Counted from the first letter of the stretch, positions 26,773 to 37,454 are shown. The stretch is 64,000 nt of DNA from Gammaproteobacteria bacterium (GCA_038136715.1 JAYQAI010000003.1:5504-69503); one strand, 5' to 3'. Notes: generated by a model from the letters alone, not told the origin. Numbers and translations are program-made.

Positions 26773-27630
26773 TCAGCCCTCGTCATTCGCGGCAGCCCCT
26801 AACTCCTGGCACAGCTCACCCATGCGCATTTCGCCACCGCGGGTCTGCAGGCCCATTTCCATGGCCTTGCGCATATTCCGCTGGGCTCCCTCGGTGCGCA
26901 GGGTCTGCTGGAACAGAAATGCCTCTTCAACCAGCCCCTCAGTCACCGGCAACTCGGCGTTGTTGATTGATGCCTTACAGAGTGCGATGGCCTCGGCCGG
27001 AAACGAAGCGATGCGCTGCGCCAGGGACTCGACAAAACGGTCGAGATCGCGCTCTGTATCGAAGATCCGGTTCAGGTAACCCCACTGTTCTGCGGTTTCT
27101 GCATCGATGTCATCACTACCTAGGCAGATCTCCATTGCCCGCCCCCGGCCTACCAGCCGCGGCAGGCGCTGTGTGCCGGAGCCACCAGGCAGAATGCCGA
27201 GCGCAACTTCCATCTGATTGATCACCGTCTTGCCGCGCAAACCAAAGCGCATATCGCAGGATGAAGCGAACTCATTGCCACCCCCGCCAGCGCGGCCTGC
27301 CATTTTGACGATGGTCGCCTTCGGCATGGTTCTGACGCGTTCACACATCTTGTGAAAATCAGACAGCTCGACCGCTCTCTCGGGTGGGCTGTCGATCGGA
27401 AACTGCAGGATCGCCTCAACATCAAAGTGCGCGATAAAAAAGTCCGGGTCAGCACTCTGGAAAACAACGACCCGAACGGCATCATCGACCTCAACCTCAG
27501 CGGTGAGCCCAACCAGGTCCATGTAAAGCGGTAGGGTCATGACATTGACGGGCGGGTTATTAATGGTCACCGTCAGGACACCCGACTCATTCGATACTTC
27601 AAGCGTTTCATATTGATAAGCCATAATCAT
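26773..27630 (-). CDS. enoyl-CoA hydratase/isomerase (crotonase) family protein
   Basis: 'VVVFQSADPDFFIAHFD', 'GGGNEFASSCDMRF', 'LPGGSGTQRLPRLVG'. Confidence 0.85.
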   Translation of the reverse strand: MIMAYQYETLEVSNESGVLTVTINNPPVNVMTLPLYMDLVGLTAEVEVDDAVRVVVFQSADPDFFIAHFDVEAILQFPIDSPPERAVELSDFHKMCERVRTMPKATIVKMAGRAGGGGNEFASSCDMRFGLRGKTVINQMEVALGILPGGSGTQRLPRLVGRGRAMEICLGSDDIDAETAEQWGYLNRIFDTERDLDRFVESLAQRIASFPAEAIALCKASINNAELPVTEGLVEEAFLFQQTLRTEGAQRNMRKAMEMGLQTRGGEMRMGELCQELGAAANDEG

Positions 27631-27708
27631 TCCTCCTCTGTTTGCTGCCAGCCTATTGGACGGGGCCGGAAGCGGTCAAGGCACTGGATAGGTGCAGCCA
27701 AGTCACCT

Positions 27709-28971
27709 ATGATCCGGCTTTACCCAGCTGGAGTGGTTGTGCGTTACTGTCTCGCCCTGTTGCTGATCAGCCTCAGCCTGCCCGCCGTCGGCGAAGGCCG
27801 GCTGCGTATCCTCTTGACCAACGACGATGGTTTCGATTCCCCTGGTGTACAGGCGCTGCATGCTGCGCTAACCGGCGCAGGCCATGATGTCAGCATCATC
27901 GCACCAGCGACCCAGCAGAGTGGCGCTTCAGCTTCCATCTCGGCACGCGGGGTCCGCGTCACCGAACATCCCGGCAAGATCTGGGCCATCCATGGTCGAC
28001 CTGCCGACGCTGTCCGCGTCGGGCTCGGTTACCTTATGTTCGATGATCCGCCCGACCTCGTCGTCTCCGGCGCCAACTTTGGTCACAACACAGGTCAGGA
28101 CGTGAATATCTCGGGCACGGTCGGGGCAGCCATCACCGCACATCGACTCGGTGTGCCTGCCATCGCCGTATCAGTTGAGATCAAGCTGGCTGAAGCCCGC
28201 GAGGGCTTTCCCAGCACTGTTGCCGCATTTCCCGGTGCCGGTCGGCTGCTGGTCCGTTTGATCCAGAACCTTGACCTTGACGATCTCAGCGCTGTGCTGA
28301 ATATCAATGTGCCGGCGGTCTTGCCACTCGATGTGAGGGGTGTGCGCTGGGCCAGACTGTCGGAGCATTCACTGCTCGGCAAACGCTACAACAAGCAGCC
28401 CGATGGCACGTATGCACCGGAGCTGTCCAACACGGATCAACACAACCGTAAGCACGACGCCGAGTCTCTGGAAGACGGCTGGGTGACGCTCACCTTCCTC
28501 GACGGTGATATGGGGAAACCGGTGCATCGCAGCCAGAAGTACCTCGACCGCGGCCTGCTCGACCGCAACTACGAGCCAGTCAATCCAACCGCAACGCGCC
28601 GGCAGCCGCAACCAGCAGCGCAGGCGGTCACGCCTGAACCTGTCCCGGTGCGCACTGCACCCGAGGACGACCAGGTGCTGAATTTCGAAACCGCGGAGCC
28701 AGCTCCGGCGCCACAGCCGGCAACGATGAAACCAGTACAACCCGACACGGCGCCGTCAACGCCTTTAAAGCCTTCAACAGCTCCGCAGCAGCTTGACGCG
28801 GAACCGCTCACCCACGAATCAGTGCCACCGCTCGAGCTGCCATCGCCGCAAACTGAACCCACAGCAGACCCGCCTGAATCGAAAGCCGCTGAGCCAGTCC
28901 GGCAGCAACCAAAACGTAAGCCTGACTCCTGGCTGCGCCGCCTGTTCGACCCCGCGAGCTGGCGAGGCTGA
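27709..28971 (+). CDS. surE: SurE-family 5'/3'-nucleotidase with N-terminal signal peptide and Pro-rich C-terminal extension
   Basis: Start set to ATG 27709. Signal-like 'VVVRYCLALLLISLSLPAVG'. SurE blocks 'ILLTNDDGFDSPG', 'APATQQSGAS', 'DLVVSGANFGHN.G', 'SGTVGAA', 'LNINVP'. From about nt 28516 onward there are ~150 residues of low-complexity P/A/Q/E-rich sequence. Confidence 0.85.
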   Translation: MIRLYPAGVVVRYCLALLLISLSLPAVGEGRLRILLTNDDGFDSPGVQALHAALTGAGHDVSIIAPATQQSGASASISARGVRVTEHPGKIWAIHGRPADAVRVGLGYLMFDDPPDLVVSGANFGHNTGQDVNISGTVGAAITAHRLGVPAIAVSVEIKLAEAREGFPSTVAAFPGAGRLLVRLIQNLDLDDLSAVLNINVPAVLPLDVRGVRWARLSEHSLLGKRYNKQPDGTYAPELSNTDQHNRKHDAESLEDGWVTLTFLDGDMGKPVHRSQKYLDRGLLDRNYEPVNPTATRRQPQPAAQAVTPEPVPVRTAPEDDQVLNFETAEPAPAPQPATMKPVQPDTAPSTPLKPSTAPQQLDAEPLTHESVPPLELPSPQTEPTADPPESKAAEPVRQQPKRKPDSWLRRLFDPASWRG

Positions 28972-29105
28972 GAGGACAATGGCGACCCCGTCGACGTGCC
29001 TCTTGCCAGGACCCGACGGCAAGTACTCGGAGCCCGTTGTGATGCTGCTTGAACCCAGCGGACTTCCACTCTAGATTTAGGCATGCGCCTTCACAACCTG
29101 ACACC

Positions 29106-32100
29106 ATGCTGAATCTGTTCCAGTCGAATCAGATGACGACACTCGCGGGCGTGTTCTGTGAGCGCAACAGCCGACCTGACGATCCGTTTATACCCATGAC
29201 AACGATCGTCCAAAGCTTCGGTATGGGCCAGTGGCTGAAACTGCAGCTCGCTGCGCAAGACGGCATCGCAGCCAATGTCGACTGCATCCTGCCAGCGACT
29301 TTTCTCTGGCAGCTCTACCGCCAATTGATTCCCGAGGCTGCTGCGCAGACCGAGTCACCATTCGAACGCCAGCGACTGACGTGGCGCATCATGCAGTTGC
29401 TCAAGGCCAATCCCGGGATATCAGGCGCTGTCAGCAACTACCTGGCTGGTACCGGTGACACAGACCTGCGCCGTTTTCAGCTCGCCCATGAGCTATCACT
29501 GCTGTTTGACGAATACCTGATGTACCGTCCCGAATGGCCGCTGGCCTGGGAACAGGCGGAGCAACCACTCAGCGGCCATGAGAACTGGCAGGCCGAGTTG
29601 TGGCGCCTGATTCTGGCAGATCTGCCCGCAGACGGTCAGTTGCACCGAGCCCGTCTGCACCAGCAGACCCTGACGCAACTGGCTGCCGGTCAGACCACAC
29701 TGCCCTGGCAACAGCTCAGCGTCTTCGGTCTGTCCACCATGCCACCACTGCAGCTGCAGACATTTGAGTCTCTGGCCGCACACATCGATATCGACATTTA
29801 CTTTTTGAACCCCTGCGAGCACTACTGGGGCGACATTATTTCGACAAAGGACCTGGCGCGCCGCTCCGTGCGTTCGCTAACGGGTCACGACGCACCGCTG
29901 GCAGATGCAGACTACCTTGAGATCGGCAATCCGCTCCTGTCTTCATTCGGCAAGCAGGGTCGCGAATTTTTCGAACTGCTGCTGGAATCAGGTGCAGCCC
30001 ACTCCGCTGAATACTTTGAGGCACATACGACGGAGCGAGTGCTGGATTTTGTTAAGAACGACATTCTAAATCTGACTCACGGCGGCGAGTTTGGCTTCTC
30101 TCAGACGCCAGCCCGGCGTGCACTCGACGATCAAAGCCTGCAGGTGCACATCTGCCACAGCCGGATGCGGGAGGTTGAAGTACTGCATGATGAAATTCTT
30201 CGGGCCATGCAGCAGCACCCGTCGCTTGCTCCCGGGGACATCATGGTCATGACGCCGCAGGTCGCGAGCTACGCGCCCTATATCGAGTCGGTCTTCAATG
30301 ACAGCCTGCCTTACCGCATCGCTGATCAGAACGCCGCCGAAAGCGGCACACTGGCTGACGTCTTCCTGCAGCTAGTGAATCTGCCGGCCAGTCGTCTCAC
30401 TGCCCTCGAAGTGCTGGACCTGCTCGAGACTCCCGCTGTCATGCGTCGGTTTGAGCTGCACCAGGACGATCTGCATAGGCTCACTCAGTGGATCAGCGAA
30501 ACCGGCGTTCGCTGGGAACTGGACGGGGAGACGAAACAGCAGCGCTGGGAACTGCCAGCCGATGATCCGCACACCTGGCGTTTCGGCCTGCAGCGCCTCC
30601 TGGCCGGATTTGCCATGACAGACCAGGATGGCACGTGGCATGACATCCTGCCCTATGAGATATCAGCCCAGGATGCGGAACTGGTCGGCAGACTGACCCA
30701 CGTGATTGATCTGCTGGCACACTACAGGGACGCCCTGGACGAACCGCGAACCGCTGATGCCTGGCTGACATTGCTCGGCAACATGCTCGCCGATTTTATA
30801 GATCCGACAGGTTCCGAAACGCTGGAGATTGACCAAATTATCAGGCTGTTGGAGCGATTCGGTGCCGAGTCCATGGGCGGCGACTATGCCGACACGGTTT
30901 CCCATCAGCTTGTGGCTCACTGGCTGCAGACGGCATTGTCTGACGAGGCCGGCAGCGCGGGCTTCCTTTCCGGCGGAATCACATTTGCCACATTAGTCCC
31001 GATGCGCTCCATACCCTTCAGGATGATCTGCCTGCTGGGGATGAACGATGGCGAGTTTCCCCGGGATGTCAGGCCGCATTCGTTTGATCTGATCGCAGCC
31101 GGCAGCCCGCGCAAGGGCGACCGGTCGAAACGCATGGACGATCGTTACCTCTTTCTCGAGGCGCTGTTGTCGGCTCAGGACATCTTTTACTGTAGTTATA
31201 TCGGCCGCGGCATCAGGGACAACAAGGAAAGACCCCCTTCGGCCCTCGTCAGCGAACTGCTCGACTACCTGCAGAGCGTGCTGGCGTCCTTCGAACCTCG
31301 TTTGCACGCGCTGCAACCCTTTAGTCCTTATTACTATCGCGGCGATGCCATGGCCTCCTTCAACCGCCACTGGTATACCGCCCTCAACAGCAGCGCGCCT
31401 GCGGTCGAGAATCTCAAACTGACAGTCGACCCAGCACTGGCCTGCAGCGCCATCAGTCAGCTTGGGCAGTTTCTGCGGCATCCGGCGCAATATTTTTTGC
31501 GCGAGCGCCTGGGGGTCAGACTGCGAGCCGATATTGAAGCTTTGCCATCGAGCGAACCTTTTGAACTGGACGGCCTGAAAAAATATGCGCTGGCCGACCA
31601 GGCCCTGCAAGCCATGGCCAGGGGTACCGACATGGCGCAGTTTGAACAGAATGTCCGCTGTTCCGGCGCTGTGCTGCCTGGTGCGCCGGGCACGCTCCAG
31701 CTGCAGCAACAGATCAGCCGGGCCGAGCGCATCTACCGCACGGCGAGCGACTACATTCAATCTGACCCGCAGAGCCTGCAGGGCGAGATTACGATCAGAG
31801 ACCAGCCTCTCTTCATGCGCACCGATAACCTGTACGACAACCAGCTGGTCAGCATTCGGGCTGGCGAGCTGAATGCACGCCAGCTGCTGACACTCTGGGT
31901 CGAGCACCTGGGTGCCTGTGCCCTGGGCGAGGCCATCACCTCGGTCTCTGTCCACAGGAAGAAGGAGGATGCTGCGGTGCTGACCCTGGCGCCCGTCGAG
32001 CCGGAACAGGCATCCGGGCACCTGGCGCAGCTGCTCGACCTGTTCGATCTGAATCTGGTACAACCCGTCTTTCTGCCGGCAACAGCGAGCCGAGACCTGG

Positions 32101-32297
32101 TGAGCCGTCTCGACAAAGGGGTTGAAGGCGCCCTCGAGCATGTCAGACGATCGTGGCAGGGTGACTCAGATACCAGTGAGAGCAAAGACCCGGAGTGGCA
32201 GCGCCTGTTCTCGATACCCGAGGCCTTCGATGCAGACTTCATCAACCGTGCCCGCCTGGTCTGGCAACCGCTGCTGGAGGTAAGCGATGGCCGTTGA
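29106..32297 (+). CDS. recC: exodeoxyribonuclease V subunit gamma
   Basis: About 1060 aa. N-terminus 'MLNLFQSN....L', 'IVQS.GM.QWLK..LA', 'FGLS.MPP'. Followed by recB with an 11-nt overlap. Confidence 0.95.
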   Translation: MLNLFQSNQMTTLAGVFCERNSRPDDPFIPMTTIVQSFGMGQWLKLQLAAQDGIAANVDCILPATFLWQLYRQLIPEAAAQTESPFERQRLTWRIMQLLKANPGISGAVSNYLAGTGDTDLRRFQLAHELSLLFDEYLMYRPEWPLAWEQAEQPLSGHENWQAELWRLILADLPADGQLHRARLHQQTLTQLAAGQTTLPWQQLSVFGLSTMPPLQLQTFESLAAHIDIDIYFLNPCEHYWGDIISTKDLARRSVRSLTGHDAPLADADYLEIGNPLLSSFGKQGREFFELLLESGAAHSAEYFEAHTTERVLDFVKNDILNLTHGGEFGFSQTPARRALDDQSLQVHICHSRMREVEVLHDEILRAMQQHPSLAPGDIMVMTPQVASYAPYIESVFNDSLPYRIADQNAAESGTLADVFLQLVNLPASRLTALEVLDLLETPAVMRRFELHQDDLHRLTQWISETGVRWELDGETKQQRWELPADDPHTWRFGLQRLLAGFAMTDQDGTWHDILPYEISAQDAELVGRLTHVIDLLAHYRDALDEPRTADAWLTLLGNMLADFIDPTGSETLEIDQIIRLLERFGAESMGGDYADTVSHQLVAHWLQTALSDEAGSAGFLSGGITFATLVPMRSIPFRMICLLGMNDGEFPRDVRPHSFDLIAAGSPRKGDRSKRMDDRYLFLEALLSAQDIFYCSYIGRGIRDNKERPPSALVSELLDYLQSVLASFEPRLHALQPFSPYYYRGDAMASFNRHWYTALNSSAPAVENLKLTVDPALACSAISQLGQFLRHPAQYFLRERLGVRLRADIEALPSSEPFELDGLKKYALADQALQAMARGTDMAQFEQNVRCSGAVLPGAPGTLQLQQQISRAERIYRTASDYIQSDPQSLQGEITIRDQPLFMRTDNLYDNQLVSIRAGELNARQLLTLWVEHLGACALGEAITSVSVHRKKEDAAVLTLAPVEPEQASGHLAQLLDLFDLNLVQPVFLPATASRDLVSRLDKGVEGALEHVRRSWQGDSDTSESKDPEWQRLFSIPEAFDADFINRARLVWQPLLEVSDGR

Positions 32298-35200
32298 ATT
32301 CAGTGCCGCCCGCCTGCCCTTTACGGATAATCAGCTGATCGAGGCCAGTGCCGGCACCGGCAAGACCTACACCATCACCAACCTTGTGCTGAGACTCCTG
32401 CTGGGCCGTGGCCACCCGGCCCTCGCAATCAACCAGATTCTCGTACTCACCTTTACCGTTGCCGCGACAGCGGAACTCAGGGCCCGCATTACCCGACGGA
32501 TCAACGAGGCCCGCCACGCCTATCGCGACGGAACGGATGATCCGTTCCTGCAGGCACTGATCGATGAAAGTGAGGATGATGTGCGCGATCAGAGGCTGCT
32601 GGCGGCTGCCGTGTCTCTGATGGACGAAGCCAGCATCCTCACGATTCATGGTTTCTGCACGCGGGTCCTTGCCGAGCAGGCATTTGAATCCGGCGTCCTC
32701 TTCAACCAGGCACTCTCTGCAGAGCGCGATGAGCTGTTACTGAAAGCCGCAGAGGACTTTTTTCGCGCTGACATCCTGACCCTGAACCCCGAGATCCGGC
32801 AGCTCGCTCTGGGCTTGTGGAACACACCAGAGAAGCTGGGCAACAGTCTGAAGTCACTCCTGTTCAGGGGACCGATGGAACTGCATCCTCCAGGTATCGA
32901 GGATCTCGATCCGACGGCGCTGATCGAACTCGCACTCAACACCAAGCAGCGCTGGCTCGCCGACGACATTGAGCAATGCCTGCAGGACGCGGCCCTGCAT
33001 GGCAGACGCAAACCCATGCTGCGCCTACCAACCATGAAGACATTTTGCCAGAGTGGCACCGCTGACCTGCTGGACGAGCGCTGGGAAATCTACTCGCCGG
33101 CAACGCTCGAGCTTGCGGTCACAGCCAAGGGTTACATGCCGGAGCATCCAATTTTTGCTCAGTTCGAAGAGGTCGCCGGCGCGGCCGGTCGGATTCGCGC
33201 CTGGCTCTGGCATCATGCCCTGCAGCGCGTCCAGGCATTGGTCCAGGCCGAGAAAGACCAGTGGCAGCATCTCACCCTGGACGACCTGCTGAGTCGCACC
33301 GCCACTGCTGTGGCACGACCGGATGGGCGCCTGGCGACAACGATTGCCAGCCGCTGGCCCCTCGCCATGATCGACGAGTTCCAGGATACCGACAGCATTC
33401 AGAATGAGATCTTCTCCCGCGTTTATGGTGGGGCGGCAACACTGCTCATGATTGGCGACCCAAAGCAGGCGATCTACGGCTTCCGCGGCGCCGACGTCTA
33501 TACCTACGTTAATGTCAGGCGCAGGACACAAGGCATCCACAGCCTTGACATCAACTGGCGCTCGAGTCCTGCAATGATTGCGGCGACTAACCTGCTGTTC
33601 AGCCGTCCAGGGATCTTCGACAACGACGAGGACATGCCGTTTCAGCCGGTGATGGCATCACCCAGCAACACAGAGATGAAAGCGACCCAGGCCGGCACCG
33701 AAATGCAGCCTTATCAGGTCTTTACGCTCGAAGAGTCGACCGAATTCGCTAATCGTCCCATATTGCTTGAGCGGGCGATGAACTGGGCCGCTGAGGCAAC
33801 CGCAGCACTCCTGGCTGAGGACAGCAGCGTTGCCCTGGGCGGTAAGCCCGTCAAGGCTGGCCAGGTCGCGTTCCTGGTGCGCAAGCGTGCCGATGCAGCC
33901 GCAGCCCGCGATGCGCTCAACCGGCGTGGCATTCGCAGCGTCTACCTCGCCATGGACAGTGTCTTCCTGCAGGACACAGCGAGTGACCTGCGGCTCATAC
34001 TCGAGGCAATTGCCGAACCCGGGAATGAACAGGCCGTCAGGTCGGCTCTGGCTACCCGACTGATGCAGAACGATCTCAAGTCGCTGGATGCGTTGAATGA
34101 TGATCTGGAGGCCCAGAGCGCTGCGCTCGATGAGTTTCGCCATTACCACGAACTATGGCTGCAGCATGACATCGCACCCATGCTGAACCGGCTGATGGTG
34201 CGACGCCAACTCGCCGAAAAATGGCTTGCTCAACCCGACGGAGAACGCCAGCTGACGAATTACCGCCACCTCGTGGAACTGCTGCAGGAGCGATCGAAAG
34301 CTAGGCCTGGCATGTTCCAGCTGCTGAAGTGGTTCGCGCGCGAACAACAAGCGGCCGAGGACATGGCCTCGGAGGAGCGGCAACTGCGCCTCGAGTCTGA
34401 TGAAAACCTGGTGAAAATTGTCACCATGCACGCTGCCAAGGGGCTTGAGTACGACGTCGTTATGCTTCCAATGTCCGTCTATTCAACCAAGGATGGCAAA
34501 ACATTGCCGGCCCTGTTTCACCGGGAGCAGGCAGAGTCCTACATCGCGGCGCTCGAACTCGGCGATAACGCGGCGCACCGACAGCTCGCCAGGACGGAGC
34601 TCGATGCCGAAGACATGCGTCTGCTCTACGTCGCACTGACCCGGGCCCGCTACCTCTGCTACCTTGGCGTACCGAAACTCTCGGGGCTGAACGGCTCTGC
34701 CATAAGCCGGCTGCTGGCGCTCGATAGCCTTGAAAAGACAGACGCGCTGTATGAGCCAGTTAACCAGGCACTGCCCGCCGCCCACTTCAATGTCATCGAC
34801 GGTAACTCGGCCGGGTGCACTCCGCTGCCTGTCCACAAATTTTCTGCCGAAGCGTCAGCACCTCCTGCCAGACCGCAGGTACCCGGCATCTGGCGGCTGC
34901 ACAGCTACACCAGCGTGGTTTCCAGACTGACCGTCGAGAAAGACACAGAGGTTATCAGTGGATACCAGGATGATGAGCGAGACGGGGACAGGTATCCGGA
35001 CAGGGATGGGGAACATGAATCAGCCGGCAGCGGCCTGTCACGTTTCAGGTTCCCTCGCGGCCCTCGCGCCGGGGTCGCGCTCCACAGTCTGCTGGAGGAT
35101 GCCGACTTTATCGATGCCAGATCACACCAGGCGCTGTGTCGGCGCACGTTGTTCAGACTGAACCTGGAAGATGCCTGGCTGCCAGTGCTGGAATCCTGGC

Positions 35201-35727
35201 TCGCCGACATCCTGGCGACGCCGCTTGCGACCACGGCACTCAACATGATCGAGCGTGGCGACCGCCTTGATGAAATGGAATTCCATTTCCCGGTCAGTGC
35301 TTCCGCCGAGCTGACAGACTTCCTGCGGGGGCATGGCTATCTGCGCGAAGCCAGCGACGACAGGCTGACGCTGCGCGGCTACATGACGGGCTTCATTGAT
35401 CTCCTGTACCGCCATGAAGGCCGGTATTACATTGTTGACTACAAATCCAATCATCTCGGCAACCAGCCTCAAGACTACGCCAGCGACGCGTTGCACGAGG
35501 CCATGGATCACCACGTCTATCACCTGCAATACCTGATCTACAGCGTCGCGGTGCATCGCATGCTGCGCAATCGGCTGCCGGACTACGACTACGACACGCA
35601 TTTCGGCGGCATCAGTTATCTGTTCCTGCGCGGCATGAATGGCAGCGACCCACTGGGCGTTTTCTCGGCCAGACCTGACCAGGCGCTGGTTGCCGAGCTG
35701 GACCGGCTGATGGAGGCAGGCAGGTGA
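32287..35727 (+). CDS. recB: exodeoxyribonuclease V subunit beta
   Basis: UvrD-type helicase with Walker A 'ASAGTGKTYT', 'IDEFQDTD', 'VTMHAAKGLEY'. C-terminal PD-(D/E)xK nuclease 'GFIDL......IVDYKSN'. Confidence 0.95.
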   Translation: MAVEFSAARLPFTDNQLIEASAGTGKTYTITNLVLRLLLGRGHPALAINQILVLTFTVAATAELRARITRRINEARHAYRDGTDDPFLQALIDESEDDVRDQRLLAAAVSLMDEASILTIHGFCTRVLAEQAFESGVLFNQALSAERDELLLKAAEDFFRADILTLNPEIRQLALGLWNTPEKLGNSLKSLLFRGPMELHPPGIEDLDPTALIELALNTKQRWLADDIEQCLQDAALHGRRKPMLRLPTMKTFCQSGTADLLDERWEIYSPATLELAVTAKGYMPEHPIFAQFEEVAGAAGRIRAWLWHHALQRVQALVQAEKDQWQHLTLDDLLSRTATAVARPDGRLATTIASRWPLAMIDEFQDTDSIQNEIFSRVYGGAATLLMIGDPKQAIYGFRGADVYTYVNVRRRTQGIHSLDINWRSSPAMIAATNLLFSRPGIFDNDEDMPFQPVMASPSNTEMKATQAGTEMQPYQVFTLEESTEFANRPILLERAMNWAAEATAALLAEDSSVALGGKPVKAGQVAFLVRKRADAAAARDALNRRGIRSVYLAMDSVFLQDTASDLRLILEAIAEPGNEQAVRSALATRLMQNDLKSLDALNDDLEAQSAALDEFRHYHELWLQHDIAPMLNRLMVRRQLAEKWLAQPDGERQLTNYRHLVELLQERSKARPGMFQLLKWFAREQQAAEDMASEERQLRLESDENLVKIVTMHAAKGLEYDVVMLPMSVYSTKDGKTLPALFHREQAESYIAALELGDNAAHRQLARTELDAEDMRLLYVALTRARYLCYLGVPKLSGLNGSAISRLLALDSLEKTDALYEPVNQALPAAHFNVIDGNSAGCTPLPVHKFSAEASAPPARPQVPGIWRLHSYTSVVSRLTVEKDTEVISGYQDDERDGDRYPDRDGEHESAGSGLSRFRFPRGPRAGVALHSLLEDADFIDARSHQALCRRTLFRLNLEDAWLPVLESWLADILATPLATTALNMIERGDRLDEMEFHFPVSASAELTDFLRGHGYLREASDDRLTLRGYMTGFIDLLYRHEGRYYIVDYKSNHLGNQPQDYASDALHEAMDHHVYHLQYLIYSVAVHRMLRNRLPDYDYDTHFGGISYLFLRGMNGSDPLGVFSARPDQALVAELDRLMEAGR

Positions 35728-37397
35728 GCCAGACCGCAAGCCAGCGTTTTGAGCAGCACTTCATCGACCTGATTGCACCCGGTGTCGACCCGCAGATCGA
35801 AAGGGTATTGCGGGACCTGGTACGGGCAACACGGCGGCAACACACCTGCATTGACCTGAGCGACAAACCTCAGGCCCTGCTCGACTTGTTGCGGTCGCTG
35901 GACATCGTCAGTACACCCGGCAGCGCAGCGCCGCTGGTCATGCACGGCAGCAAGCTGTTCTTCGCGAAGTACTACCAGATGGAGGCCGACGTTGCCGCCC
36001 GTTTTCGGCACCTGAATGCAACGCTCGATGAACCACCCACGGCCTGGCTGCAAACGGCGCTCCTGTCACATTTCGGTGAAGATCTGCGGGACCGGCAGAG
36101 ACTCGCCGCACTGCTGGCCCTCACCCGTCGCCTGACGATTATCTCGGGGGGTCCAGGCACAGGCAAAACCAGCACGGTTGCCCGCATCCTGGAACTCCTG
36201 ACAGCTCGTACCCCGGAACTGGTGATCAAACTGGCAGCACCAACGGGCAAAGCCGCGATGCGGCTGAACGAGTCACTGAATGACGGCCACGGTGCAGAGC
36301 CCTACAACGTCACCACCATCCATCGCCTGCTCGGCATGCGCGCTGATGGCAGATCGTTTCGCCACGACCGTTACAATCCTGTGCAGGCGGATGTTCTTGT
36401 CGTGGATGAGGCCTCGATGATCGACCTGCGCTTAATGCACCGTCTGCTGGAAGCCCTGCCAACAGACATCCGGCTGATCCTGCTGGGCGACCCGGATCAA
36501 CTGCCGTCAGTGGATTCGGGCAATGTCCTGGCTGATCTCTGCGCATCGGACCCTGTTTTCACTGAAACTTTTGTCACTCAGTACCGCGATCTCGTGGACT
36601 TGTCGGCAGCACAAACAACGCATCACGGCCTCAGCAACGCTATCTGCCACCTCGACCGAAATTTCCGCTTTACCGAGGACAGCGCTGTTGGCAGGCTTGC
36701 TGCCCGGACCCGGCGGGGGGATGCGGCTTTTGCAGGCAGCAATGACAATGCAGTCGGGATCGAGCCGACACTGGATCTGTCGACGGCTAACCAAGCCCTG
36801 CTGGCCCCCTGGACACCCTATTTCACCCTCCTCAAATCCGGCCGAGCCGCACCTCACGAGCTGCTCGCGTCATTCAATAAGGCAAGAATACTGACCAGCT
36901 ATCGTGGCGGCCCGACCGGCGTTGTCGCCATCAACCGCTTTATCGAAGAGGTGCTGGCAACACGGGGCCTGCGCAATACCGACGATGAGTTCTACCCAGG
37001 GCGCCCCGTCATGGTGTTACGGAACGAATATCGCCTGGACATCTACAACGGTGATGTCGGCATCTGCGTGCCGGGTTCGGGGGCTGATCTCATCGCGTTC
37101 CCTGGCCAGGATCCCCTGAAACCACGTCTGCTTGCCGCTTCGCGCCTGCCTGAGCATGAAACCTGTTTCGCCATGACGGTCCATAAATCACAGGGCTCAG
37201 AGTTTGATCACATCAGCCTTATCCTCAATGAACGGGAGCAGGATGATGAGCTGATCAGCCGAGAGCTGGTCTACACGGCAATCACAAGAGCCCGGCGGTC
37301 TGTCACGCTGCACGGGAATAAAACTGACTGGGAGGACGCCCTCGCAAACCGGGCAACCCGCATCAGCGGCATGGCGGAATTTCTGAGCGAAGATTGA
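35724..37397 (+). CDS. recD: exodeoxyribonuclease V subunit alpha
   Basis: Walker A 'GGPGTGKTS', Walker B 'VVDEASMID', 'LLGDPDQLPSV', 'MTVHKSQGSEF', 'YTAITRAR'. GTGA overlap with the recB stop. Confidence 0.95.
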   Translation: MSQTASQRFEQHFIDLIAPGVDPQIERVLRDLVRATRRQHTCIDLSDKPQALLDLLRSLDIVSTPGSAAPLVMHGSKLFFAKYYQMEADVAARFRHLNATLDEPPTAWLQTALLSHFGEDLRDRQRLAALLALTRRLTIISGGPGTGKTSTVARILELLTARTPELVIKLAAPTGKAAMRLNESLNDGHGAEPYNVTTIHRLLGMRADGRSFRHDRYNPVQADVLVVDEASMIDLRLMHRLLEALPTDIRLILLGDPDQLPSVDSGNVLADLCASDPVFTETFVTQYRDLVDLSAAQTTHHGLSNAICHLDRNFRFTEDSAVGRLAARTRRGDAAFAGSNDNAVGIEPTLDLSTANQALLAPWTPYFTLLKSGRAAPHELLASFNKARILTSYRGGPTGVVAINRFIEEVLATRGLRNTDDEFYPGRPVMVLRNEYRLDIYNGDVGICVPGSGADLIAFPGQDPLKPRLLAASRLPEHETCFAMTVHKSQGSEFDHISLILNEREQDDELISRELVYTAITRARRSVTLHGNKTDWEDALANRATRISGMAEFLSED

Positions 37398-37454
37398 GGC
37401 GACGACAGCCGGCGGCGACTTGTTTTGCCCGAGAAAACTGTGCAAGTTACGCCA

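Noticed and set aside
28516-28971. Pro-rich region considered as a DNA tandem repeat or CRISPR-like array. Antisense ORFs 28569-29084 and 28369-28740 lie in the same region.
   Set aside because: No periodic nucleotide repeat is visible. The low complexity is at the protein level, in frame with surE. The antisense ORFs are composition artefacts.
28979-29074. 31-codon ORF between surE and recC.
   Set aside because: The GAGGA box is only 2 nt from the ATG. The sequence is neither hydrophobic nor patterned. There is no supporting evidence.
30993-32141. 382-aa antisense ORF inside recC. Similar long antisense ORFs occur at 22193-22831 (in pgi), 35122-35739 (recB/recD junction) and 37197-37757.
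   Set aside because: Each lies entirely opposite a strongly supported gene. They have Arg/Gly/His/Gln-rich composition with no recognisable motif. Spurious open frames of this kind are common on the antisense strand of GC-rich genes.
29106-37397. recC-recB-recD considered as part of a novel defence locus.
   Set aside because: The order, sizes, overlaps and motifs are canonical. No extra genes are inserted. It is housekeeping RecBCD.
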